The notes: a model not told the origin generated them from the letters alone. Numbered from the stretch's first letter, positions 36,936-50,360 are shown. The stretch is 64,000 nucleotides of DNA from Somniosus microcephalus (GCA_052327205.1 CM126224.1:28086001-28150000), one strand, 5' to 3'. Numbers and translations are program-made.

Positions 36936-38919
36936 TGGGAGAGGTTATTTGCAGTTTATGTTCATCTACAGTCTTTTGTGACAATTCCAGCTCTATTTGT
37001 AATTCAATCTTTGTTATTGCTTCAACTCTGTACTTTAGTTTTATTTTTTGCATTTTTTACACCAAGTCACAGACCAGAACAGTGCCCCAGCTCTGTGATT
37101 ACATACTACCACATACTTTATTTTACATGCAGACAGTCTGGGAAATGCCCTCTCCATTTTCTAAGGCGGCAGTGGGTGTGACTCTGAATTTCAGGTGGGA
37201 GTATTGCTGGCAGTGGATGCAAAAACTATCTTCTCACGAGCACAGAATGAACCCCTTACTCTACATACTTGAAATTGCTGTTACTAACCGCTGCGTTGTT
37301 TAAAATTTTGCCCAAAACTATTTCAAAATTTGTAACTATTTGAAAAGGGCGTTGATGAAGAGCACATGTTTGAAATGTTAGACACCAGAGAGCTCTTAAG
37401 GTAGACGGGGAGTTGAACTAACCTGAGCTTCTTGCTGATAGCCCGAGCCTGGTTTATAAAGGAGGTTGTTCTGATTTTCTAGAGTGTGTGGATGATGGTC
37501 CCGTTGTTCCTCCATTGCAGCATGTCACTGAGGTTTTTTTTAAAAAATTATTCCTGTGGAGATACCAGACAGTTAAATCTTTGCCAAACAGCACTGCAAC
37601 CAAGTATTAATTTTCCAACCGGTTTTCTTTCCAACTCCACTGAATGCTAATTCGAAATGCTAACCCTGCGTTACACTTTGGATCAATGGATTCATTCTTT
37701 TTAGACTTCTTCTACATGACACTCGTTAGATATCCATTTCGGAAGTCACAGTTTCTATCAGCTATTTCGCATTTACTTTCCATGCCAACACAATCACTGG
37801 GACAATAGTTTGCAGGCTAAGGCAGGCTTTCATTCATTATTAATTATCCACATATCACATTACCTGTGGTAATACTGCCCTTGAAACTATTCTTTCTTGA
37901 AAAGGTGCGAATTCAAAAGATACAATTCCAAACAATCCGAAAGCACTGTAGTTTTCTTTTAGAGGTGGAAGCGGTGAGGAATTAAAACAGATTTCCAGTA
38001 AGAATCTGCATCTCTCAGTCACTCACTACGAGAATGTCACGATCCCACATGAAACAAAGTCATTTCGCAACTCCAGAATGAGCTCCACTTCCTGCTTTCG
38101 CAATGCTCCGAAGCTGGACAGTGACAAACGTTTCTACAAATCATTAGCGCAATGCTGTAAATGAACCAATAAATGATTACTCGGAGGCTATTGCAAAACC
38201 TCCCCGCCCACCTGCATAATGGGTCATTAGAGCAGATTTTACAGGCTAATCGGCCAGATTTTATTTCTTTTTAACCCTTTTAACATATGGTGCTGCTATT
38301 CTCTACTCGCATTCCAGAAGGGCTTCCCTCACTGAAAGAGCTTATTATGAGACAGTCAGTAACTGTATGCTCACCACGGCCTTTCCGCTTGTAGTGACCT
38401 ATGGCAAAGTACACCATGTCATACTGGGCAGTGAGTCAACTACAGGAACTGAAAGACATTCTGAACCATGAATTCTTTTTCTAGTATCTGAGTAAAACCC
38501 TCCTGACTTGACCCATTCATACTGATATTTACTCTTTACGATAATCTTTGCGCCCACTGACACACCAGGACATGCTTATTTAGTTTTTTCTCCTTAACAA
38601 AGTACTTTGGCGAGTCTGTTGTTTGCCTTCACTGGCAACACAGTTTGAAATGATTAATGTGCCCTTTGTGTTAGGCTTTATTTATTTATTTCTGCATCTG
38701 AGACGAGGTACCTGTGAGTCTAAAGTAAGTGACTGTTTTTAGATCTAAATGTTTGTGAAGTCAAGCAGGATCACTGGTCACTGTGTCCCATTACCTGTTG
38801 ATATTGTATTTCTTTGCCATGGTCTTTAACCCTTTGAGTACTGCAAGGTTCTATCAGGTTTATTTTCATTTAACCTCTGGGAAAATGACTTATAACAACT
38901 TCATCCAGTAGAATGCGAG

Positions 38920-38985
38920 AATCATAAAATGATACAGCACAGGAGGCCATTCAGCCCATCGTGCCTGTGCCGGCTCTTTGAAAGA
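38920..38985 (-). mobile_element. CR1 3' tail remnant
   Basis: ACAGCACAGGAGGCCATTCAGCCCATCGTGCCTGTGCCGGCTCTTTGAAAGAG. Confidence 0.75.
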
Positions 38986-40889
38986 GAAATGTGCACAACC
39001 AACGCGCATTTGATAATATATAAGTAAATAGTCCATGCCATTACCCACAGTCAGTTGGTGAACTTCAAGTTCTTTTATATACAGGGTAGTGATGGAGTTG
39101 GCAAACAGACTTACGCAACAGGTTCCACAGTGCCACCTACTGGCATGAGCCTGCAACTATATTGTTACAGGCAACTGTTTACATATAGGATTGCCATTCC
39201 AAGTGTTTGCATAAGCAGTTTCAAGGTTAAATATTGATATCAAAGTGTGACCAAAAATCATAACAGGAAGTTTTTACCAGAAGTGTGTGCATACACAAGG
39301 ATTTTAATAATATATAAAAGATAGTAGCAAAATTAAAAATTGGAATCATGTCACTTTTTTTTTTAAGATACTGTAGAAATGGCACTAAATTCTCAAGGAG
39401 TTAACTCTGTGGGGTGTTTCTCTGTACAGTTTGAATCCAGTCTTCACAGCTGCAATATAGCACGGTTGCCAGTGACAACTTGGTGCTTGTTGCGATCTCA
39501 TGACAGTCTATGGTAATGCAGCCTTTGACTGGCTGGTGCAGATTTGAAATTCAAAAGCTTTGCACAATTTTAACCATCCTCAGAGGACCTTCTTCTCAAG
39601 GTGCGACGCACCCCTGCCCTGGCTCGACCGACCCATTAGATTTGGACGTGGCAAATTAAAAAAAAAAAATTATTTTTATTTATTTATTTTTTATTATAAA
39701 CGTAGCCTGGAAATTGCTGTTGGAAATATTAACAGATGACTGCTAATCTCGATCCTAGGATGTCCCTCTCTCCGGTATTTGAGAGGAGGTATTAACCGAT
39801 TTAAAATAGACAAGCTAAGAACCGCATTAAGGTAACAGATAGATGAATGTCATACAAGCCTGTTAGGTACTTGTCCACTAATATCGACAACAGTCATTTC
39901 TAGGCTCCTATCTGCACTCCCACTGGCAAATGAAGACAATATCAAACAGGCCATCGGTGGAAAATAATTTAATCAAAATCTGTGAAAAGCGTTCATATTT
40001 TCTGAAATCATTTCATCAATTTTTTTTAAAAACCAAAGTCCTATTGTTCTCTAATTGCTTACATTGGAGCAAAGAAATTGAGTTAGCACACAGGTCGACA
40101 TGATGCCATTGTTGCTGAATATTGCTACTACACCTATTATGGTCATGCACTTGCCTTCTAGCACTGTGGGTACTATCAGGATGATGCTATTTCTGTCAGT
40201 CTCGGGCTAAGTAGTACCAGGCCATGCTGAGATGTTCCCATATGGCTGGCAGGATAACACGGAGCTTGTAAAAGTTACTTAATTTTTTTTTTTTGGTTTT
40301 TGGTAATTCACTGAAGGTTTCATTATTAAGTTGGCCTAAGTGCACAGTTGAAAGCTACCGATTCAGTATTCTCCAGCTGTACACTCCCGATGCCAGAGGC
40401 TGTGCTCTGGGCAGCAGAGGACCTCCTGAAGGTTTACCAGCTCCACTACCCTTCATGTGTCAACAAGATGCACTTCGGGAGAGCTGAAGACAGTCAAGTA
40501 CAGCTTTAGCACGTGCTTGGCACTAAATTTCCTTCAGCGTTTTACAATTTTTAAAATTCTATTTAGTTCAGCCGCATAATAATAATAATCATCAAGATCA
40601 GAAATAAAACGCCTTTTCTTGTCATTTATTCCTGTAAATTCCGATTTCTGTTGCTCAGTGTGCTGTTCCTGCATTTCCACCCCTCCCCCACTGCCTCGCT
40701 GAGAATTAATGTCTCGCACACACAGCTTGCGATGCCGTGCGCAGATATTAATTCAAAGGTAGCAGAGTAGCAACAAAAAAAATCAGCAAAACCTGTTGAA
40801 TAATGTATGTATTAACCTTTTGTATGTAATGAATGAAACATTGAATTTAATGTTTTTTTTTGCAAAGAATTAATTTGATCCTTTTCTAC

Positions 40890-41890
40890 CCCTCCTCATC
40901 TTTAGGTGTGCCCTGGCCCAGTGCGATACCCCAGCCTCCTCTCGGCCCTCTGCCACTGCTCCTGCGTAACCAGTTGCTAGGAATTGCATCGGAGCACTTG
41001 GGAGTGGGGAATTTACTTTCAATGCCCCTTTCTTCCCTGTAAGGAAGTGCATGGCCCCTGCTCAGTGCCGCCTCAACAGCACAGCTCAGATCAGGATTTC
41101 ATCATGTGGGGAATCATGGACATGATCCTACCATTCCCTAGCACAGCTCTTTGGAGCTCCCACTCACTGCATCAGAAAAAAATACATATTTCAATGGGTA
41201 GGAACAATTAGCATATTGCCATTTATCCTGCCCATGGTGAAATAAGACTTCATTTTGAGTGGTTCTGCAATGGGAAGTTCATTGAAGTGGCAGGGGGAAG
41301 AAATTGGTTCACGCAGGCCTACTGCCATGGACTGGGGAGAGGGGGGAAATGACACCTGCACATGATCAGGTAGGCCCAAGGCTTAATCAAAATTGGACCT
41401 TGGGCCTCATTTAAATTAGACTGGCAAGCTGCAGGCGCCTGCTGCCGGCAATGGTTCTCAGGTAGGTCCCAGAAGGTAGTGGGACAAGGCAAATCGGAAG
41501 AGAGAGCGCCGATCGGGGGGGGGGGGGGCCAGCAATGGTCTTCAGGGACTGCTGCGGAGCCGGGGAGAAGTTTACGACTTACCTTTTTGGTTGCGGACTG
41601 CAGTGGTCATTTTAAGGACCGCCGGTTAGGTCGCACGTAGACCTGGTTATCCTGGCGACGGCTGCATTCAGGGCAGCCCAGTTTTGGGAAGGAGTCCTTG
41701 GCATATGCGAAGGGACGAACGCCTTTTTCAGGCGCGGGCTCGGGACGCCCGTACTGGAGCCTTTACCAATATGGCAGGCGGCGCACTTCAGGCGCGGAAT
41801 GTACGCGTGTGCACTCCGCCCACAATATTGGCTGCTTCGGCGCCTGTTTTGCGCCCGCAACATGGACACGGCGCCAACAAATTTCCAGGC
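40890..41890. mobile_element. GC-rich degenerate DNA-transposon derivative (probably Harbinger-type)
   Basis: Local CpG-rich island ending AAATTTCCAGGC (TIR-like). Weak Myb-like wording on the minus strand near 41000-41130. Confidence 0.4.
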
Positions 41891-43714
41891 ACTGGTATCT
41901 GATACCTTCACTTTATTTCAGGGAGGGTATTGCTTTAATCACAATAATGATTTTTTGGGGAGGGGGCGAAATCGTCTCACAGATGCAAACTAAAAGCAGC
42001 AAAATAAGGTTGGTCACTGGAATCTGGGCTTTCTTTCTATTGTGAGATAGACCTGGCTAACCCTTAGTCTCCATCAGCCATGAAATAAAAGCAGCATCAT
42101 TTTGTCAATCGTATAACATTCACAGATAGATATTTAGTTACATCGACAGGCAGGCAAGAACACAATTCTACAGTTTTAAGGAGTTAACAGTGAAACGGTT
42201 GTGGGACACTTGGCTCATGTTTTAGTTCTTTACACTGCATTGCCGCCCATATCTACCCATTCAAAGCATCGTTTCACCTGCTTCATTCAACAGCACAAAG
42301 CACAGTTTTGTGTCATTGAAGAAATATTCGAGGCTCACTCACGGACTGGCTTGTGGAGAGGGAGTGCCGCACAGAGGCTCATACAAATGACCCACTTTTA
42401 ACTTTTTGCAGCACTACCTACAGCAGAGCTGGTGTTATCAATATGACAGGGTTCAAGTTAACATCAGATAAATTAGAAAAGGATTGTCAAATCACAACAC
42501 TGCATCAGATCAGGAAAAACTTGATAAGCTCCCCTTCTGGCTGAAACCCATTTTAAAATCTGAACAAAAAGTCTTCTCGGACAGCACAGGCCCGCATGTG
42601 AGTGCACACTGCCCCTACTACTGTAGTCCAGTCAGTTACATCTCACATGCATTGCACATCCGGTGAAGAAAAATCATTAGAAATTGAAATAATTCAGTGA
42701 AACATTCAACAAAATAGTCACAAGAAAATGATGAAACAACAAACAAAAAGCATGTTCACGACTGGCTGAAGGTTAGTAGCGTCGCAAAAGCTTTTACGTA
42801 AAATCCAGGCCACTCAATGGCTGAACCCCTATTCCGATTGTCATTTGTCTAGTTTGCTTTTTTATTTTCTTCATTTTTGAGAAACTCTATTTCAAAGACA
42901 AACATATTGTCTTCTTCTGCACCTAATAACTGCGTGCCACTAAAGTAGAGCTCAACAGCTTGGGGCAACAACATGAATATAAAGTATAAATATTAATAAA
43001 AGCAACTTTGAACAGTATGCCCAAGGGTGGCTGGCAGTACATGACTGCAAAAAGTTACAATTAAAATTCACCCATCTCCAGTTACTGGCACAATGCCCAT
43101 GCTTCTTAAAGCAGTAAATATTTATTCATACAGTCAAGAGCAGTCTGCTCTATCACAGATTATTTTACAACCAGACACAAACCTGAAGCAATTAACACAG
43201 CTCATGTCACCCGGCATAACAGTTTCAGTGGCACTTTTAAGGATAATTTAGACATCCAGTAATGTGCCAAGATTTTGACTGAAAACACTACATGTCACCC
43301 AACCAATTTGCACAAACCATTGTAAATTACAAACCATTTAAATGTAATTAAATAAAGAGTGCAAAAGGTCCTTAACTCACAAAGGCCACAGGTGTCATAT
43401 TGTTCACACAAGTGCACGAATATAAAGGAGGTGCCATCAATATTGCAATGTTTCTTTTATTCCACAATTAATAAAAAATGAATTCTGGAATTGATGCTAT
43501 GAGTGGCCTATTGTTTTTCACTATTAGGACTTCACTCCCTTTCCTTTAGCCACAGTTACACAAACCATCACGGTCCAGCTGGCCTGATTCTGCTTCGATT
43601 TACTTCAAGTTTGAGTTCTGTTCAAAGGCATAAATAGCTGACAATATGATAAACCACAATGGCAATGTGTGGTCTACTTTCAGATGGCAACACTGTAGCG
43701 GCTTTGCTGCCATT

Positions 43715-44165
43715 TTGTGTTAGGTCACTGCCCTTTTACCTGCAATCAAATCCCAACCGAACAGAGGGGACAATGTTCCCCTCAGTCTCTGCCTCTAATC
43801 GGGACGGGGTGACGAATTACTCCTGTTACTAAGTACAGTAACATCGCGAGTGCGTTTAGAAACCATGCTTGATACCCCTGGGCAGTCTCAATCTGAGCTC
43901 CCAGTTGGCATGAGGTCATGCTACAAAGCTGCCTTGAAGTTTAGCAACGTATTTATTTGTCAATTTGTACTCAAAATGGAAGAGTTCAGGAAATTAAATC
44001 GCCTTCTGGTGCAGAGTATAGTGGTCTGCTAGAGGGTGAAATGAAGGTAATTTGTTGGGATAATGTGGTGGAAGCAGTGCTTGTATCTGACCCAAGGATA
44101 TTGGTCATTGGATGGAAAATTGTTCCATCTTCCAGCATGGTCATCCCTCACCTTATTAAACACAT
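43715..44165 (+). mobile_element. Degenerate LF-SINE-like element
   Basis: GTCACTGCCCTTTTACCT..., GGCAGTCTCAATCTGAGCTCCCAGTTGG...CTACAAAGCTGCC; similar layout to 2935-3230. Confidence 0.3.
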
Positions 44166-44252
44166 CAGGTCACATTATCGTATTTTTAGCATAGTCATTT
44201 AAGACGGTACGCAATAGAGTATCTACAGAGGATAGGCAGTGAGTAACTCCGG

Positions 44253-44603
44253 AACACAGAATCACACAGAAACCCCACAGTGCAGATAGAGGCCATTTCG
44301 GCCCATCGAGCCTGCACCGACACATATCCCACCCGATCCCCGTAACCCCTACACCAACACATATCCCACCCTATCCCTGTAACCCCACGTATTTAATCCC
44401 CTAACACTAAGGGTCAATTTATCATAGCCAATCAACCTAACCCGCACATCTTTGGACTGTGGGAGGAAACCGGAGCACCCGGAGAAAACCCACGCAAACA
44501 CGGGGAGAATGTGCAAACTCCACACAGTCGCCCGAGGCCGGATTCGAACCCAGGTCTCTGGTGCTGTGAGACAACAGTGCTAACCACTATGCCACCGTGC
44601 TGC
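44253..44603 (-). mobile_element. HE1-like V-SINE (tRNA-derived, CR1/HER1 tail)
   Basis: Minus strand: A box GGTGGCATAGTGG, B box GGTTCGAATCC, V-domain TGTGGAGTTTGCACATTCTCCCCGTGTTTGCGTGGGTTTTCTCCGGGTGCTCCGGTTTCCTCCCACAGTCCAAAGA, tail GATGGGCCGAAATGGCCTC. A ~37-bp internal duplication lies at 44315-44386. Confidence 0.92.
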
Positions 44604-44894
44604 CACTTGTTTTATTCTATGAATGAAGAAGTCCGTAGGGGGAAAAATTTTCACGAGGAAAATAAAAATGGCATTGCAGAGTTACCTGATGATCACATAT
44701 CTATTTATATGATGAAGTAAAGAAAATCATTAAAATATACTCCTTTCATTTTCATGTGGTGACACTTTAATGTTCTTCACTGTCACAGGGGGTAGGGTTT
44801 CATTCCCATCAGAGGGGTTTGGTGACATTTTTGAAAATCCCCCAAATAGACCAGAGGCGGTTAGCTGGTCGTAGAGTTGTTTACATTTGTTTTT

Positions 44895-45110
44895 AGCTCA
44901 GCTCCCCCCAGGTTCAGTGAGTAAATGCACTGACTATTGAACCATACAGACAGGGAGGATCTCTAAGCAGTGCTGTTATTAGCTAGGACAGCGAGTTGGC
45001 AGAGCACTACAATTGGCCTTAGTGTCTTCGGCAAGTGGCAGAGGGGGAGTAATCAGCCTATGTTCGTGATCAGTATCTAATGACTATTGCTGGAAAGTAC
45101 ATGCTTGAAA
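44895..45110 (+). mobile_element. SINE family 'X' copy
   Basis: GGTTCAGTGAGTAAATGCAC...GAACCATACAGACAGGGAGG...CTACAATTGGCCTTAGTG...TGCTGGAAAGT. Confidence 0.6.
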
Positions 45111-45129
45111 TCACAGGTTTAGAGCACAG

Positions 45130-45845
45130 GAGAGCATGCAGGTGCAACAGGCGATTAAGAAGGCAAATGGTATGTTGGCCTTCATATCAAGGGGGTTCGA
45201 GTATAGGAATAGGGATACCTTACTACAGCTGTACAAGGTGCTGGTGAGACCGCATCTGGAGTATTGTGTACAGTTTTGGTCGCCCCATCTGCGGAAGGAT
45301 GTTCTTGCCATGGAAAGAGTGCAGCGGCGATTCACCAGGCTGATACCTGGAATGGCGGGAATGACCTACGAGGAGAGATTGAATAGTTTGGGCTTGTACT
45401 CACTGGAGTTTAGAAGATTGAGAGGGGATCTCATCGAAACATATAAAATTATGGCAGGCCTGGACAGGCTGAATTCAGAGAGAATGTTTCCAATGGCAGG
45501 GGAGCACAGAACCAGGGGCCACAGTCTAAAAATAGCGGGCAAATCATTTAAAACAGAGATGAGGAAGAATTTCTTCACTCAAAGAGTGGTGAGCCTGTGG
45601 AATTCCCTGCCACAGAGGGCTGTGAAGGCTAATTCAATAAATATTTTCAAGAGAGAATTGGATATATTTCTGAAGGCTAAGGGGATTAAGGGTTACGGAG
45701 AAAAGGCGGGGACGGGGTACTGAACTGGTAAGATCAGCTATGATCTCAGACGAAGATCAGCCATGATCTCATTGAATGGCGGAGCAGGCTCGAAGGGCCG
45801 AATGGCCTACTCCTGTTCCTATCTCTATGTTTCTATGTTTCTATG
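45130..45845 (+). mobile_element. Young CR1/HER1 LINE 3' fragment with open ORF2 C-terminus (45136-45723)
   Basis: Uninterrupted 195 aa (LVRPHLEYCVQFWSP, YSLEFRRLRGDLIETYK, FFTQRVVSLWNSLP). (CTATGTTT)n tail; short duplication in the 3' UTR. Confidence 0.95.
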
Positions 45846-46010
45846 AAAGGGGCCATCCAGTCCGTCATGTCTGTGCTGGCTCTTTGCTGCAGCGATTCAA
45901 AACTAATCCCACTGCCCTGATCTCTCCCCATCACCCTGTAGCGTCCTTTGTTTCATATATTTATCTAACTTTCCCTTAAAAGATGCAATGGTTTCTGCGT
46001 CAACCACAAC
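45846..46010 (-). mobile_element. Older CR1 3' UTR fragment
   Basis: GGCCATCCAGTCCGTCATGTCTGTGCTGGCTCTTTG...TATTTATCTAACTTTCCCTTAAAAG. Confidence 0.65.
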
Positions 46011-46012
46011 CT

Positions 46013-46457
46013 GGGGCTTATTTTGACTTTTAGGTGGTCGACCAGGGAAGTGACCGCCCCACCACCCCCCCCCAGATTGGAAAGTGACCAGCTGTAAAAT
46101 GGTAGGTTTTAAACCACCTTTGCCAGTGTGACCTAATGAAAGAAATAGAGAGTTGTTCAGAACCCGACAGATTTACCTGGCGTGGTCCCCGAGCGATGGG
46201 AACCTCGAGGAAAACGTGGGAAAATGCTTTGGACCTGGTAGAATGTCGATTCAACTGCTTTAACTACCCTGCTAGCCATCAGCATTGCCTGACCCGCCGC
46301 TTAGTGCCGGGTCTACAAAGCGCAGGCAGAGCCGGCACTAGGGACCCTCACAAGGAGGCGGGTTCAGAGCGGGATACCGGCCCGCTGTCAATCTTTTTGG
46401 TTTTGACGGTGGACCTGCCTCCAAACCCGCCCTCTGAGCGCCAGCAAAATTCAGCCC
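46013..46457. mobile_element. Harbinger-type MITE
   Basis: Ends GGGGCTTATTTTG / CAAAATTCAGCCC; CpG-rich interior. Confidence 0.65.
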
Positions 46458-47408
46458 AATGAATGGTCATCTGACTGACGTACCCGAGACTAAATACCAG
46501 CAGAACCATAACCCGGCCAAAAAAAATCAGCAACTTCAGGAGAGAAAATAACGGAGAAAAAAATAAGAAAATCTCTGTAACTGAACAGTGATTGAAAAGA
46601 AGGTAAATTATTAATTTTTCTATACAGCAGCCAAATTGCTGCCTAGGTTGTGGGTGGCAGAGTGTTTGGGAGGAGGGGGGGAAATGCCGTCATAATTTCA
46701 ATAGCGACTAGTAAATTTCTAACAGTGAATCTTACAAAAGCAGAACGACAAAAGTGCTGAGAATTATATGTTTCATATACATATTAATCTGCGAATAAAG
46801 GTAAAAATTGTAATTAGAAAATAGGGCCGAATCCCCGCTACAAGCATTAACTGCAGGTATTAACCAACTGTTCAGACTTAGTTCTGCACTCACGGTGCTG
46901 ACAGACAGCGTTAATTTTTAAACAGATATTGGGCTAAGAATTTCAAAACAGGAGCGTCAGCCCTTTACAAGCCCACAGCTGACGCGGAATACGGCCTCAC
47001 AAATTGAGATTGTGTTGAGAAGTCTTACTTGCTCCACCTCCCCAAATACTGAAATTATACCGCAGTTCAATGCTCCCATTCAGACATCATTGAAGAGATA
47101 AGGGTGCAGTTGCCATCATTGTGACTCAGGAATTACTCAACCATTTCAGACAACAAAGTACAAGGCCAGGCTTGAGGTGTTGGCTTATAGTTTGCAATAT
47201 GCGTTTCGGGCCCAACCTCTCTACCCCCACAGATGTTCTAAGAGATAGAATACTGGACAGGTTTTTTGTATATATATTGAATTTGAATGCCATGCCATTG
47301 TCATACATCTCCAAAAATAAAGATAATAGTTGTGTTATTTTATTTTTCATCTGATTTCTTTTTGAGAGGGGAGTTACATTAATCATCTATTTGAACATTT
47401 TAAATTAT

Positions 47409-48254
47409 GGGGCCAGAAATTCGGGTCCCCACGGGTGAGTACGTGCTGGGTACTCGTGCGTAGGCCCAACGAAAGTGCCGGTTTCGTGCATGCGTGGGAA
47501 ACCGGAGCTTCCGTTCCCTTAAAGGAAGCGGTTCACAGGTCGAACGCGTGCGCTGGAGCAGCAGCGTGTTCGCCAGGAACTTCTGTTTTTTTTTAAATAC
47601 AGGTTTCTCCGGGAGGGTACGTCTCCAGCAGCTACGCGTTTAAAAAGCAGTCGCAAGGCCTGCTTTTAACAAGGTAAGTGGTGAATTAAGTAAAATTAAA
47701 ACTTTTTTTCCCCCACAGGTTTATTATTTTTAAATACTTTAAAGGTATTATTTTTAGCCCTGTTAAAAACTAATTTTTTCAAATTTAAATTATTGTTTAA
47801 AATAGTTTTTATGTAATTTATAGTTATTTTAAAAATGTGATTAAAAAAAATGTATTTGAAGTTTCAGTTATGTTTTGGGGCCAATCTCTATTTCATAGAT
47901 TTGACAGGTCTAATAGAGATTCCCTGCTCTGATTGGCTCCTCATGGCCCACGTGATCCCAGGCGACGCTTCGAACTAACTGCGCCTCTGGGATACGCAAG
48001 CACTGCGCGCCGGCAGTTGGAAGAGGCCCAGGACTTACCCTCCCGGAGAAACCTGTAAAAAAAAAACAGAAGTTCCTGGCGAACACGCTGCCGCTCCAGC
48101 GCACGCGTTCGACCTGTGAACCGCTTCCTTTAAGGGAACGGAAGCTCCGGTTTCCCGCACATGCGCAGTGCATGCACGAAACCGGCACTTTCGTTGGGCC
48201 TACGCACGAGTACCCAGCGCGTACTCACCCGTGGGGACCCGAATTTCTGACCCC
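47409..48254. mobile_element. MITE/fold-back element with ~215-bp near-perfect inverted arms (47409-47623, 48032-48254)
   Basis: GGGGCCAGAAATTCGGGTCCCCACGGGTGAGTAC... is mirrored by ...GTACTCACCCGTGGGGACCCGAATTTCTGACCCC, with few substitutions and one 11-nt indel; AT-rich core. Confidence 0.92.
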
Positions 48255-48844
48255 ATAAGCCCACGAAGGCCTGTGGGCAGCTGCAAGTGCATTGAACAGC
48301 GAGCGCCATTCCTTCGCCGCTGACCGCAAAAATCTGGGCCTAGCTTTCTAAGCGAACCGATCCGATCTTCAAACCCATTACTAATTTGGCTGGCACAGAC
48401 CTCTTTTAAGCTGCTGCAGGCCTTTCAATCCTGCAGTAGCCCAAATGGTGAGCTCCCAATTAGAGGCAGGATTATCGCCCGAGGCTCACCAACAGTATTG
48501 AAATCAAGATGACCCCAGAAAATGTAACAGAGCGATCCCACTTTATTCTAACGGGCGTGAACAGAGTCTGGTCATTATTTTGCTTGGGTTTTTGCCCAAG
48601 TGGAAAATCCTGCTCATTGTCTCCACTCTGCTGCTATCATCGGAATATCCTGGAAGTTTAAATAAAAGGTTTCACTGGAAGGGTAAACCCCTGCATTAGA
48701 CTGTGTTACTTCTCTTACTGTTTTCTGCCTGGTGTGATACAGTTTGGGATCTGTTCAACAGTCTTTGAGTGATGTGCGTGGTGAAACGCTCAGCTCTTTC
48801 TCCCAGGCGTGTTGGGAGTTTTGTTAGCAAAATTTTTTTTTAGC

Positions 48845-48847
<3 letters not shown>

Positions 48848-48876
<29 letters not shown>
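48848..48876. repeat. Poly-T tract with duplicated TTAGCAAAATTT flank
   Basis: Read directly from the sequence. Confidence 0.85.
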
Positions 48877-48880
<4 letters not shown>

Positions 48881-49394
48881 AAATGTGTCGAAAATCTGGG
48901 AAGTATTTTATTTCAGATCATTTTTCTTTCTCATGCTATTTAAAATTTATTGCTGCAGCCTAGTTATTGATGATCTGCCTCTTAATTAGCTCGAGTACAC
49001 CAGGCGTTCTGGTTGGCTGACTCTGAATATATTAAACTGACCCAAAGTTAATGAGAACATTGTTAAAAAGGGGTTCTTTAGCTTTCACAAAATGTCAGCA
49101 AAATTATAAAACAAATGATCTGCAACATAGCAAAACAAAGTTGTAATCAAGGTCACAAGCAGCAGAACTTTGCAGCAAAAAAGCTTTTGTTCATATTTGT
49201 TCTTATTTAATACGTATATCCATAGGAAGCAGAGTTCCCCTCTCTTGTTTAATGATGTCACTTGCCAATCATGTTATTTTGTAAGTAATTAACATTTCAG
49301 TGTTTGTTATGCTGAATTAGAGGACAGGGCTGATTAAAGCACAAGGTAGAGTTGAGTGTTAAGATAATTCAAGATCCCCAATTTCAGCATCAAA

Positions 49395-50360
49395 CATTAT
49401 AGAATCGTACAATTTTACAGCACAGAATGAGGCTATTTTGACCATCGTTCCTATGCCAGCTCTCAGAGAGTTTGGTTCCCCATCTCTTTCCCCATACCCG
49501 TTATTTTTTTCTTTAAATATTATCACTTCCTTTTTAAATGCGGTCATGGATTCTGCTTCCACCACTGTTCTGGTAGGCCATACCATGTCCTTACAACCCT
49601 CTATGTACAAATATCAGTCCTAACTTAACATTTTAGTGATGATCTTAAACTTATGCCCTCCAGTTACTGAGTCACCAACTAGTGGAAATAGTTCTTTTCT
49701 CAATTTACTTTATCAAAACATCTCATCATTTTGAACTCTCCTTTTGATCAGATCCCTTCTTACCCCTCTCTATTCTAATGAAAAAGTCCCAGCATCGCTA
49801 GTGTCTCCTCCAAACTAAAGCCTCTCATCCCTGAATCTCTTCTACATCCGCTCGATGGCCTTGACATTCTTCTTAAAATAAGGCATCTGAAACTGGACAC
49901 AATATTACAGCCATTGCAGTTTTTCCTTTTTATCTGACAGTATTTGAGCCGCAGCCTAGCCAATGACTTGGAGAGGTTTAGCATTGCCTCTTTGCTTTTG
50001 TACGCGATACTTCTATTCAAAAAAAAAACCTAGGATCCCATATGTCTCTTTCTACAGCTTTATTAACTTCTCTTCCTGCATTTAAAAAGATTTGTGTACT
50101 TGAATCATAGGAACAGGAGTAGGCCATTTAGCCCCTCAAGCCAGTTCTGGCATTCAATGAAATCATGGTTGATCTGTACCGTAACCCCATTTGCCCATTT
50201 TTGATCCATATCCCTGGATACCCTTACCTAACAAAAATCTCCCTAAATCTCTCTGCTCCTCTACCATTTAGTGTATATGTGCTCTCCTTATTCTTCCTTC
50301 CAAAATGTATTACCGCACATCTCTCCAAATTAAATTTCAACTGCCCAATCTGCTAAGATG
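49395..50360 (-). mobile_element. Old CR1 fragment with a younger CR1 3' UTR (50103-50245) nested inside
   Basis: Minus-strand NRSIAYKSKEAMLNLSKSLARLRLKYC and CR1 3' UTR motifs. Confidence 0.78.

Noticed and set aside
37422-37527. Minus-strand exon candidate (CAG...CAG/GTTAGT)
   Set aside because: Stops in all three frames and a weak acceptor.
45136-45723. 195-aa and 203-aa (50496-51107) ORFs as host genes
   Set aside because: They are CR1 ORF2 C-termini with LINE 3' UTRs and are 5'-truncated.
47674-47718. Consensus GTAAGT donor and polypyrimidine-CAG acceptor
   Set aside because: The implied intron is only 45 nt and lies within a MITE, with no coding flanks.
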